Shown: piece by piece, positions 17,643 to 26,369 of the stretch
Layout of the letters: every line of letters starts with the position of its first letter
Numbering within the stretch: position 1 is the stretch's first letter
Source: Candidatus Nomurabacteria bacterium
GTDB lineage: Bacteria > Patescibacteriota > Saccharimonadia > Saccharimonadales > JAGQNJ01
Assembly: GCA_023898625.1 (NCBI GenBank)
Contig: CP060231.1
Span: 481,890-545,889 of the forward strand
Direction of reading: 5' to 3'
Length of the DNA stretch: 64,000 nt
Notes under the pieces: model-generated
Told to the model about the DNA's origin: nothing
Seen by the model: the letters and a program-made list of their open reading frames with translations, nothing else
Databases searched by the model: none
Position numbers and translations under genes: made by a program

Positions 17643-20065
17643 ATAGTGATAACTTGCATTGTGACATTAGTAGCCAGCGCGCAATTAAGGCAAGAGTCGG
17701 ATCTTGGTTAGAAAAATCATCAATCAGAAACTTGATGATGATGGTTATTTTTTTGAGCTTGCTAACTTTATTGTGGTTGATAATCATTCAACAAAATGCA
17801 GTGGGTTGGCTACTCTTAATTCCAATAGGTATTTTGAGTGTGTTTTTAATTTGGTATCATGGTGAGCTTAATGAATTGTCGCCTGCATCATCACTTGATG
17901 ATGTTCGAGATTTAAGCGATGTAATGAGTCGTAACCTATTATCTAAAATAACAAAAGACCAAACACCAAAAGGATTAGCGCAGGTTGTGAGTAAGCAACC
18001 GGGTGGCTACTTTTTTGGCGCACGTTTTGGTATAGGCAGGGAGTTTTTGCAAGAGCTTTCGGCTGTGGACGAAGGTTCAACAGCGTTGGTATGGAAACTT
18101 GCAATTGAGCTGGCAAAAAAAACTGGCAATATTGAGGTAGATTCTGGCGCGCTTGCAGGAGCACTGATTATGTCAATTCCTGATGCCGAACCAATTCTTG
18201 CTAAGCTATCTTTAGAAAAACAAGATATAGAAAATGGTGTTGAATGGTTTGCGCATATTCGTAAAATGATAGAAAACGCTAACGAGAAGAGTCATTTTGG
18301 GGGTATTGGACGTGATTTAAGTTTTGGCTGGGCCCCGATATTAAATCATGTTGGGTTTAATATTACTGAGAGCATTCAGGCTGGGGGTTTCTTGCGTCGT
18401 AGCGTAGCTAGTAGAGAGCAGAATATTGATCAAATGATGCGATTACTTGACCAATCTGGTCGACGAAATGTTGTGCTTGTTGGTGAAGCCGGCGTAGGTA
18501 AGACCACTTTAGTTTATAGTTTAGCCTCACGTTTGTTGAGTGCAAAAGTTAAGCATTCACACCAACTAAAATATCAGCAAGTAATAGCGCTCGATGCTTC
18601 AAATTTGATTGCCAACGCAAAGGCTAAGGGGCAGTTAGAAGACCTATTGATTCGTGTATTTAATGAGGCAATTCATGCCAAGAATGTAGTAATTTTTTTG
18701 GATGACGCACAGTTATTCTTGAGAGACGGCACCGGGTCGGTTGATTTATCCAATCTGCTGTTACCAATCTTGCAAGGTGGGGCGCTAAGAATTATTTTAT
18801 CGATGACAGACCAAGAATGGCTTAGATTAAGTCAAGAAAATCCTGGATTAGCACAATTGGCTAATAGGGTAATAGTTAGTCCACTTGAACATGAAGAAAC
18901 GATTCAGGTAGTCGAAGATGAGGTCATTTTACTGGAGTCAAAAAATAAACAAATCTATATGTATCAATCAATTGGCGAAGCCTATCAGCTTGCCGAAAGG
19001 TTTATTCACGAACAAGCTTTTCCGGGCAAGGCAATAAAGTTGCTTGAATCGGCTAGTAATTTTCCTGAATCGGAGCGCTTCATAACGGCCAAAAGTGTCA
19101 AACAGGCAGTAGAAAAATCCTTTGATGTCAAAGTACAATCTGCCGATACAGCCTCAGAAAGAGACATATTGTTGAATTTAGAGCAGAAAATTCACCAGAG
19201 AATGATTAACCAAACTCGAGCAGTAACCCTGGTGAGTGATGCTTTGAGACGCGCGCGTAGTGGTGTGCGAAACCAAAATAAGCCTATCGGTACTTTCTTG
19301 TTTCTGGGACCAACAGGTGTCGGCAAGACTGAGCTCTCTAAAGCTTTAGCATCAGTATATTTTGGCGGAGAAGAACGATTGGTGCGTGTTGATTTAAACG
19401 AATATTCACGAGCCGATGATACCAATCGATTATTAGCAATTGGTTCAACGGATCCATATAGTCTATGTGCTCAAATCGCTAAACAGCCTTTTAGTGTAGT
19501 GTTGTTGGATGAAATAGAGAAGGCTCACCCTAATGTTTTGAATATTTTACTTCAGATGTTGGATGAAGGAATTTTGCGTGATAGCGCCAATAAGGCTATT
19601 AGTTTTCGTGATGCCATAATTATTTGCACCAGTAATGCTGGTGCTGAGCAAATAAGGGCACATATTGCTCAGGGTCAAAATCTTGAAGATTTTGAAGACG
19701 CTTTTATAGATGAGTTAATTAACGCAAATATTTTTAGACCAGAATTTTTGAACAGATTTGATGAAATTATCTTATTCAGGCCTCTTAAAAAAGAAGAACT
19801 TATTCAGCTAGTTGATCTATTACTAAATTCACTGAACAAAACTTTGGCAGATCGCAAAGTTAGTGTTGTTCTAACCGATCGTGCTAAATCTTTCTTGGCG
19901 GAAAAAGGATACGATCCACGTTTAGGTGCGCGCCCTCTCCGTCGAGTAATGCAACGTGCAGTAGAGAATGTTGTTGCGCAGAAATTATTATCTGGCCAGA
20001 TTTCTCCAGGTCAACAAATCCAAATAGACGCCCCAGAACTTCACCAAGCACTATCTTCAAGATAA
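17639..20065 (+). CDS. membrane-anchored Clp/Hsp100-family double AAA+ ATPase
   Basis: The start is revised to ATG 17639. Two N-terminal TM helices. D1 has Walker A 'GEAGVGKTT' and Walker B 'VIFLDDAQ'. D2 has Walker A 'GPTGVGKTE', Walker B 'VVLLDEIEKA' and 'RPEFLNRFDEII'. Confidence 0.8.
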   Translation: MNSDNLHCDISSQRAIKARVGSWLEKSSIRNLMMMVIFLSLLTLLWLIIIQQNAVGWLLLIPIGILSVFLIWYHGELNELSPASSLDDVRDLSDVMSRNLLSKITKDQTPKGLAQVVSKQPGGYFFGARFGIGREFLQELSAVDEGSTALVWKLAIELAKKTGNIEVDSGALAGALIMSIPDAEPILAKLSLEKQDIENGVEWFAHIRKMIENANEKSHFGGIGRDLSFGWAPILNHVGFNITESIQAGGFLRRSVASREQNIDQMMRLLDQSGRRNVVLVGEAGVGKTTLVYSLASRLLSAKVKHSHQLKYQQVIALDASNLIANAKAKGQLEDLLIRVFNEAIHAKNVVIFLDDAQLFLRDGTGSVDLSNLLLPILQGGALRIILSMTDQEWLRLSQENPGLAQLANRVIVSPLEHEETIQVVEDEVILLESKNKQIYMYQSIGEAYQLAERFIHEQAFPGKAIKLLESASNFPESERFITAKSVKQAVEKSFDVKVQSADTASERDILLNLEQKIHQRMINQTRAVTLVSDALRRARSGVRNQNKPIGTFLFLGPTGVGKTELSKALASVYFGGEERLVRVDLNEYSRADDTNRLLAIGSTDPYSLCAQIAKQPFSVVLLDEIEKAHPNVLNILLQMLDEGILRDSANKAISFRDAIIICTSNAGAEQIRAHIAQGQNLEDFEDAFIDELINANIFRPEFLNRFDEIILFRPLKKEELIQLVDLLLNSLNKTLADRKVSVVLTDRAKSFLAEKGYDPRLGARPLRRVMQRAVENVVAQKLLSGQISPGQQIQIDAPELHQALSSR

Positions 20066-20092
20066 TGTAATCTTTACCCATAGTAAATTACG

Positions 20093-20124
20093 AAAAAAAT
20101 AGAGGTCCTCCCACCTCTATTTAA
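20093..20124. terminator. bidirectional intrinsic terminator between convergent genes
   Basis: Stem ATAGAGGT/ACCTCTAT (20099-20120) flanked by AAAAAAA upstream and TTTAAT downstream. Confidence 0.5.
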
Positions 20125-22067
20125 TATCCAATATCTCTAGTTGATACGGAGAGCTCTTCTAATCCAACAGATCTCAAGTAGTTATAAGTATTATCATAAT
20201 ATTCTTGTTTTCTTGTTGGGTCAGGTGGATAGTTGCCATGAGGTATGAAGATAACCATTCCTTGCCTAGCTCTTGTTAACAGTACGCGATATGCGTTTTT
20301 TGCTTCTTGTTGATTCGATTTGTTATTCTGCCAGACGATACCTTTTTCAATATTATTTTTTGAATTGAAATATTGCCACCCATCGTCATTAAAACGCATG
20401 TCTGCATCCCAGCAAAGGAGCGTGTAGTCAAGCTCTAGTCCTTGACAGACAAATTCTGATGCGGCATCTTCTAAGAAATACGAACTTTTATTACTCTCTT
20501 TACTCCCCAGAAAATAATGCACCTCGTTAACCTTCTTGTTTGAGTCTATCGCATATGGAATTAGTCTTTGGGCTCTGCTGGTTGCAACCATTCCAATTCT
20601 CTCTGTGCCCTTTGCTTGACTTCTAATCCATTTTTTTGCAAGCTTTAAGTCTCTCGTTATTCTGATGGGGTAGGTTTCTTTAAGGTCATTGTATATTTTA
20701 CTGGCTGAATCATCAATGTCTAAGAGTGCTTTGATAAAATGTGATAGTTTCTCTGATCTAAATGAGCGCATCGTTGTAGATAGATGAAGCTCTTTAATCT
20801 TCCTCGCACTTGCAGGTACTTTTGAAACGTTATACTCAGAGTCCATAATGTTTGGTGATATTGCAATTTGCCAATTTTCAGGAACGGCATCTATCCAGGC
20901 ACCGATACCTGCTTCTCCCTTTTTTAACTCTTGTCCACCGCCCACAAGACACACTATGCATGCCCAGTCATCATGTCTATCCATGGTGCTTATTAAAAAC
21001 CCAGGTTCTGATTCACCATGCACCCATTCTCTATTATTTCTATTCATCCAATTTGTAATTGTGTCACCGTCCCAAGCTCTTTGTGCTTCATCAAATATTG
21101 CGACATGCTCACTGGGTGCATTTATGTCTTTAATATACTCATCGCGGTAATGATGAACTATTTGAATGAAAGATTTTACTTTGTTCCTAGCATCGACAAT
21201 TTTGGTGCCATAACTACACTTATCATCTCTAGCTAATGCTTCCGTCAATACGTTAACTAACGGTCCATTACCCGACAGCAGTATAGCGTGGTCATTAGAA
21301 CTAAGATCCCGTTTTTGGGTTGCTATGTTTAACCCTACTAATGTTTTTCCTGCGCCGGGAACACCAGTCACAAAAATAATTACTTTTCTTTTATTCTTTT
21401 TACAATCTTCGATAATTTCGTTGATCTTTCGGCAAGTAGTGACGATATTATCTCCCGCTTCGTTTCTAGTAATCTCCTGAACGTTATGTCCTGAGTATAA
21501 GGCTTGAGCTGCCTCAATTATTGTAGGAGTTGGTTTATAGGGTGATTCTTCCCATCCATTCGCTCCAAATCCAGTGACGTATTCAATACTATCAACATAC
21601 TTCTTAATGCCATGTACACCAATACAGCAAACGCCTTCGATATTTTGTGACTCACCATAATAGTCAGACGCAATTAATACCGGGAATATATCTGCATTAT
21701 GTGATCCTAAGTGGAAATTTTTGAGTTCAAGCATATAATCTGTTACTTGATCTATATCCTTAGTTATAAATTTTTTCTGGCCAATTTTAAACTCTAAGAT
21801 TACTATATGAGGTTTATCTGAATGTATCAACAAGACAGAGTCTATTCTTTTACCCATTCGAGGAATTTTGAATTCCAAAAATATGGTTATATTTTTGGAA
21901 TACCGTAATTGGTTTTTTAATATTTCAATTTCTTTCTTCCATGTTTCAACTTGTGGTTGTTCAACACTGAAGCCGTCATTAACACTCCCTTGAGTTAAAT
22001 GACTAATAATAATATCAGTACTTTGTTCTAAAAAATCTGCCAATGATGATTTGTGCCATGCTCTCAT
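20121..22067 (-). CDS. DUF2075-like P-loop NTPase with N-terminal PD-(D/E)xK-like nuclease motif
   Basis: N-terminal 'RIDSVLL...HIVILEFKIGQK' follows the D...ExK pattern. Walker A is 'TGVPGAGKTLVG', Walker B is 'VAIFDEAQRAW', and the C-terminal 'YRVLLTRARQGMVIFIP' is SF1/UvrD_C-like. A TATAAT box lies 13 nt before the ATG. Confidence 0.65.
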   Translation of the reverse strand: MRAWHKSSLADFLEQSTDIIISHLTQGSVNDGFSVEQPQVETWKKEIEILKNQLRYSKNITIFLEFKIPRMGKRIDSVLLIHSDKPHIVILEFKIGQKKFITKDIDQVTDYMLELKNFHLGSHNADIFPVLIASDYYGESQNIEGVCCIGVHGIKKYVDSIEYVTGFGANGWEESPYKPTPTIIEAAQALYSGHNVQEITRNEAGDNIVTTCRKINEIIEDCKKNKRKVIIFVTGVPGAGKTLVGLNIATQKRDLSSNDHAILLSGNGPLVNVLTEALARDDKCSYGTKIVDARNKVKSFIQIVHHYRDEYIKDINAPSEHVAIFDEAQRAWDGDTITNWMNRNNREWVHGESEPGFLISTMDRHDDWACIVCLVGGGQELKKGEAGIGAWIDAVPENWQIAISPNIMDSEYNVSKVPASARKIKELHLSTTMRSFRSEKLSHFIKALLDIDDSASKIYNDLKETYPIRITRDLKLAKKWIRSQAKGTERIGMVATSRAQRLIPYAIDSNKKVNEVHYFLGSKESNKSSYFLEDAASEFVCQGLELDYTLLCWDADMRFNDDGWQYFNSKNNIEKGIVWQNNKSNQQEAKNAYRVLLTRARQGMVIFIPHGNYPPDPTRKQEYYDNTYNYLRSVGLEELSVSTRDIGY

Positions 22068-22137
22068 ATCTTATGGATTATATATCTTCAACAATTTTAT
22101 TAAAATGGATCTACTAATAATAGAAATTATCTAATAG

Positions 22138-22239
22138 TTAGGCGTCTAATATCTCATCAACATATAGAGACTCAAGTCTTGGGTCAGACATGTCGCCGCC
22201 ACACACAATTTTAGCTTCTTCATATTCTAATTTTGTCAT
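22138..22239 (-). CDS. 33-aa micro-ORF (MTKLEYEEAKIVCGGDMSDPRLESLYVDEILDA)
   Basis: Not in the ORF track because it is under 60 aa. GAGGAG lies 6 nt upstream, and the ATG overlaps the stop of the preceding micro-ORF (ATGA). Confidence 0.3.
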   Translation of the reverse strand: MTKLEYEEAKIVCGGDMSDPRLESLYVDEILDA

Positions 22240-22415
22240 ATTATTCTCCTCGATCTCAAAATGATGTTGATCCAACGATCAAAAATACCACCAATGTAAT
22301 CGCTTTTACCACTTAAGCCACCATACATTCTGCCACGCTGTGCAATTGAACACACAAAGTAAATGTATGAAATTACATCTTCCTTATTTATGATAACTTT
22401 GTTGTTATTTGCCAT
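22236..22415 (-). CDS. 59-aa micro-ORF (MANNNKVIINKEDVISYIYFVCSIAQRGRMYGGLSGKSDYIGGIFDRWINIILRSRRII)
   Basis: Not in the ORF track. It is coupled to the 33-aa ORF by an ATGA overlap. It could also be the N-terminal remnant of a decayed larger gene. Confidence 0.3.
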   Translation of the reverse strand: MANNNKVIINKEDVISYIYFVCSIAQRGRMYGGLSGKSDYIGGIFDRWINIILRSRRII

Positions 22416-22620
22416 AACAGAGTGTATTTTAACAGATTTTACAATGTGCGATATAAAATAATTGGGGTGAATAAGTCAGGCAATCATTAAATCAGGAGTG
22501 CGAATTTGCAATTTAGCAAATATTAAAGTCTAAATTCTGAATTGGTGGCTTTCTACAGGAAAGCTCGAACCCATTTCCAAAAAAACTGTTGAATCAAGCC
22601 CCGCCTCCTAGCACAGTGGA

Positions 22621-22770
22621 GCCGTGCTGCGCCCCGACTAGAAACCCCTTTGCGTATTTTGAGATTTCCCCGCTGAGATTTTTTAGGAATTGGATAAGGT
22701 TTTTTTGGTTCGGGTCGCCTACCGTAAAAGCAGTAGAGGCGTCGTAGTTCGGGTCAACACAGCTGATGCG
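22621..22770. repeat. intergenic repeat copy E1 (relatively GC-rich, about 130-150 nt)
   Basis: Shares ordered blocks with 24781-24915: CTTTG..TATTTT, GAGATT(T)CCCC, AATTG, GTTTTT, GGTTCG, CGCC-ACCG-AAGC-GT-GG-GTCGT-G-TTCG. It abuts the stop codon of a minus-strand gene. Confidence 0.45.
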
Positions 22771-23457
22771 CTACTCACTAACCGTCAATAAATTGTCTAG
22801 TAATTTCAGGTCTACTTCCAGTAGAGAGTGAACAATAATATCAGCTCCGTTCAAATCGTCATCGGTAGTATACACCGCAGTTATTGCGATACACTTCATA
22901 CCCGCCCGTTTTGCTGCTTCGATACCAGATGGAGCGTCCTCGATGACTATACACTGGCTCGGCTGGATATGTAGCTTTTTGGCAGCGGCGAGATATACAG
23001 TAGGGTCTGGTTTGTGCTCCGTAATATCATCGTGGGTTACTAATGTTTCAAAGTTATGAAAAATGCCAGCATCAGTTAACTTTCGCTCAGTATCTGCTGT
23101 TGTGCTACTCGTGCCGATGGCGATAGGAATACCGTTTTCGTGAAGGAGCCCTATGAGTTGATCGACGCCCTCTTTTGGCTGTATCCCTTTCTGTAAATCT
23201 TCCTTTATCGGCTTTAATTCCTCTATTATTGTATCTATATTAAGTGTGGTTTGGAACTTTTCGCTAATTTGATTGAGTTGATGTATGACTGATTGACCAA
23301 TGTAGTGTCTGCGTTCACTGTCCTCAATATGGATATTGTACTTTGCGAGCACTTGGTTCATTGCTTGCCAATGATACTTAACGCTGTCAATCAGGACACC
23401 GTCCATATCAAAGATGACGGCAAAATTACTCACTAATTTTCCTAAAACCTTGTTCAT
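22771..23457 (-). CDS. HAD-superfamily hydrolase, beta-phosphoglucomutase-like subfamily
   Basis: Motif I is 'VIFDMDGVLIDS', motif II is 'AIGTSS', and motif III/IV is 'K...IVIEDAPSGIEAAKRAGM'. Confidence 0.8.
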   Translation of the reverse strand: MNKVLGKLVSNFAVIFDMDGVLIDSVKYHWQAMNQVLAKYNIHIEDSERRHYIGQSVIHQLNQISEKFQTTLNIDTIIEELKPIKEDLQKGIQPKEGVDQLIGLLHENGIPIAIGTSSTTADTERKLTDAGIFHNFETLVTHDDITEHKPDPTVYLAAAKKLHIQPSQCIVIEDAPSGIEAAKRAGMKCIAITAVYTTDDDLNGADIIVHSLLEVDLKLLDNLLTVSE

Positions 23458-24739
23458 CTAATGACTTGGAAATCAAATGATAGAGTTCATCCCAGTCGTG
23501 GGCGGTTTTTTCCGGTGGCCAGTCATGCTTACCATTTTGGTTGTATGCCTGAGCAAGTACAAAGGATGCAACACCAGCCTTTTGAGCACTCAATGCGTTT
23601 TTAACGCTGTCTTCAACCATGATGTGTGCACCAAGCTTTTCGCGGAGGTACGTTCCTTTGTCTGTCAGATCAATTTTTTTGCCGTTTTCATCTACCTGAT
23701 TGTCATGGTCAGGATCACCAGAGAAATGTAGCTCATCAATCAGATATTCTTCTTCCTCACCGACACCGAAATGTTCGCCGAGAGCAGTAAGAGTTACGTC
23801 TCCTAGATTTGCTTTCTTGCGAGCAGTTAATGCGTGAAGTGAGGCTCCGTATTCATGTTTGAGCCTTGCTAGGACTTCACGAGCACCTGGTATAAGTAGG
23901 TAGTTAGCAACGTCTTTTTGTGCACCGTAAAATCCATCGTCGTATTTCTCGCCGGTATCTTTATCGGTCTCTATTCCACTGTCATGCCAGTGGCGGAATA
24001 ACACTTTGTCGTGAACGGCATTATGATCAAAGATATCTTCAACTTTGTAGCTGGTGCCGTGAATACTATTCCATCGCTCTACGGCGTGCCCAGGGGTATC
24101 AAACAATACACCGTCAATGTCCACGGCAATTACAGGGTGCTCCTTCAATACTTCTGAGCTTACCGGCTGTTCTGGTAATAGTTCGGTCATATTACTCTCT
24201 ACTCTCCATAGTTCCACAAACTCTGCGTTATTCATCTCGGCTGGTGAGTCAAAGTCCTCGAAACGAGTGCGACCTTTTGAAACTTGTGTCGTGTAGTAAC
24301 CAATCTGTCCGTGAGCGATAGCTAATGTCGTACCGCCACGCTCCTCGGTGATTTCCTTGAGCTTTGCGATAGCTTTAGTGGCGCGGTCAATCATGTGCTG
24401 GCGCGATTCAATTCCTCCCTCATTGTCAGAGTTTAGAAAGAACTCTGGTGGTCTGCCAGTTGTTCCCTCAAACTCACCTAAATAGCGTTCTTGTAGTTCG
24501 TCAATCGTAACAATTTCATACACAGGGTAGTTGAGCTCTTGCGCGATAATCTCGGCAGTCTGGCGAGCACGAATAAATGGCGAGCAAGCAATCGTAACGA
24601 CACCTTCGTTTTTTAGATGTTGCCCAGTAATTTTTGCTTGTTCTGCGCCTTTTTCGGTGAGCTGCGCATCGCTTACGCCTGCAACGCCGTTGATATTGGC
24701 AGTACTTTCGCCGTGACGAACATAAAGTATTCTTTTCAT
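23426..24739 (-). CDS. fusion of histidine phosphatase (PGAM-like) and HAD-type 5'(3')-nucleotidase-like domain
   Basis: The N-terminal 'ILYVRHGESTAN' is the RHG motif and is followed by 'LAIAHG'. The C-terminal half has 'IAVDIDGVLFD' (DxDxV), 'LTAR' and 'MVEDS'. Confidence 0.65.
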   Translation of the reverse strand: MKRILYVRHGESTANINGVAGVSDAQLTEKGAEQAKITGQHLKNEGVVTIACSPFIRARQTAEIIAQELNYPVYEIVTIDELQERYLGEFEGTTGRPPEFFLNSDNEGGIESRQHMIDRATKAIAKLKEITEERGGTTLAIAHGQIGYYTTQVSKGRTRFEDFDSPAEMNNAEFVELWRVESNMTELLPEQPVSSEVLKEHPVIAVDIDGVLFDTPGHAVERWNSIHGTSYKVEDIFDHNAVHDKVLFRHWHDSGIETDKDTGEKYDDGFYGAQKDVANYLLIPGAREVLARLKHEYGASLHALTARKKANLGDVTLTALGEHFGVGEEEEYLIDELHFSGDPDHDNQVDENGKKIDLTDKGTYLREKLGAHIMVEDSVKNALSAQKAGVASFVLAQAYNQNGKHDWPPEKTAHDWDELYHLISKSLDEQGFRKISE

Positions 24740-24780
24740 CTGTTCCGATTGTACTATTTACACTGCTGTTTTGCCATAAG

Positions 24781-24915
24781 GCAAAGCACGCCCGAACCAA
24801 AAAACTCTTTGTATTATTTTTTGAGATTCCCCAGTAGAACTTCTTTTTTTAATTGAAAAGAGTTTTTCTGACGGTTCGCCAACCGCAAGCGTTGGGGTGT
24901 CGTGGCTTCGTAAAA
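24781..24915. repeat. intergenic repeat copy E2
   Basis: Same orientation and block order as E1, and it also abuts the stop codon of a minus-strand gene (24916). The hairpin core CCAAC-N7-GTTGG corresponds to CTAC...GTAG in E1, with one compensatory pair. Confidence 0.45.
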
Positions 24916-26274
24916 TCAGTCTGAGTTAAGCTGGTACTGGCCATCATCAAGCGTAGTAACAATGAAATATTTTTCACACGGCTTACTAAACTTACCGCAA
25001 TCTTGTGAATCGTTACCCAGTGCAGGAACATAAGCATACTGACTGCCGCTTTGACCGATAAATCTTCCACTCGGATCTTTAAAAACTTCAAAATCGGCTC
25101 CTGACATTTGATTACCAATAAATGCCTGTTGATTAACCGCCATCTCGTACCTTTCCGGATAATGACCGGTCCGAGCTTTGTATATTTCCAGAGCCGTTTT
25201 AATTCCTTTAAGATCCGCAATTCGTTCACGGTCAGTTTCACTATCACCCTGCTGGAACTGCTTATTAAATAGCTTACCGGAGACGATACCAAATCCAAGT
25301 TTGCTTGTTAATTTTTCTGCTTTGGGTGCATCTATGGAGTTATGGTCACTTGCTACCAGCTTAAGACTAAAGGTTGCATCACGAAATGGCCTACCCTCGT
25401 AGCTTATTTGTTCAATAGTTTTGGTTTTCAGGTTAATCCAAACACTGGCTTTGATATCTGCTGTTGTTAAACCATCTTTCGGAAAGATACTAGACGGCAT
25501 ATGAATATTTGCTGATTTGTCTATTCCTGTTACAACTTGTTTAAAAGCATCACTTGTAAGAGTAACTTCATACTTACGTGTTGGTTTGTTGCCAACATTC
25601 TCCTTACTTCCAATTGATCTAAGAGTAACTCCATTCAATCCCGATGGCTGAGAGTCGCTACTTTTATCTGTTCCATGTTGCGCCAAAACATAATCCCCAA
25701 CTTCTAGCCACTGATCTTGATTAGTCGATAAATTAGCTCTTTCTGTAAACTCCGCGATGTATTCCTGAATACCTTTCTCGCCCGAATTAGAATAGTGAGT
25801 GGCTAACTTTTTGAAATCTTCAAAACCAGTAAACCGAACATACAGCTTACCATTTACTTTTTTAACAAAAACGCTTGGTTGTTGAAGAAAGGTACTCATA
25901 TGGACTTCTGCTGATGAATCATTTTGTGTATTTGTTTTGACTGAGTAATCGAAGTCTGGGTCATTCGGCCCAGCTTGGTCAAGGCGACCAGTTATCGTAT
26001 AGTTTCTTGATTTCGTAGCATAATCCAAGACTGCTTTTTTAAAGACATTCTCTGGTTTATTCGGTATATACACCATAAAAATATAGGCAGCTCCGCTACC
26101 CATAGCTAGCACCAAGAAGATAAGTATCCCGAGAGTTATATATTTTTTAGTACTAGTTTTAGGTTTACTAAAATCGCTCGCGGATATTAATGGTTGCTGT
26201 GGTGATGTAGTAGTCTGATCAGTTTTAATTTCTTGATTATGAGTTTTATGCGGTTGTACTTGTTCGGGTTCCAT
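24916..26274 (-). CDS. membrane-anchored extracytoplasmic protein with pseudopilin(GspG)-like C-terminal domain
   Basis: RBS AAGGAG and one TM helix ('ITLGILIFLVLAMGSGAAYIFMV'). The C-terminal 'RERIADLKGIKTALEIYKARTGHYPE' resembles the globular-domain start of type II secretion G-type pilins, but there is no prepilin leader. Confidence 0.4.
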   Translation of the reverse strand: MEPEQVQPHKTHNQEIKTDQTTTSPQQPLISASDFSKPKTSTKKYITLGILIFLVLAMGSGAAYIFMVYIPNKPENVFKKAVLDYATKSRNYTITGRLDQAGPNDPDFDYSVKTNTQNDSSAEVHMSTFLQQPSVFVKKVNGKLYVRFTGFEDFKKLATHYSNSGEKGIQEYIAEFTERANLSTNQDQWLEVGDYVLAQHGTDKSSDSQPSGLNGVTLRSIGSKENVGNKPTRKYEVTLTSDAFKQVVTGIDKSANIHMPSSIFPKDGLTTADIKASVWINLKTKTIEQISYEGRPFRDATFSLKLVASDHNSIDAPKAEKLTSKLGFGIVSGKLFNKQFQQGDSETDRERIADLKGIKTALEIYKARTGHYPERYEMAVNQQAFIGNQMSGADFEVFKDPSGRFIGQSGSQYAYVPALGNDSQDCGKFSKPCEKYFIVTTLDDGQYQLNSD

Positions 26275-26323
26275 TTTTTATTGCTCCTTAAGACTTAATG
26301 TAACTAATTATAGCTTATGGCAA

Positions 26324-26347
26324 TCAAAAAATGACCGCAACGCGGTC
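26324..26347 (-). terminator. intrinsic terminator after tRNA-Gly
   Basis: On the minus strand, GACCGC-GTT-GCGGTC is followed by ATTTTTTG. Confidence 0.5.
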
Positions 26348-26369
26348 AAATTCTAAAAATTCTCTACTT

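Noticed and set aside
22543-22578. tRNA/tmRNA-like fragment (minus strand GGAAATGGGTTCGAGCTTTCC...GCCACCA)
   Set aside because: It contains a GGTTCGA-like T-loop string and ends in CCACCA. However, I could not fold a 5-bp T stem with a 7-nt loop or find a matching acceptor 5' strand. It might be an att-site remnant, but that is unsupported.
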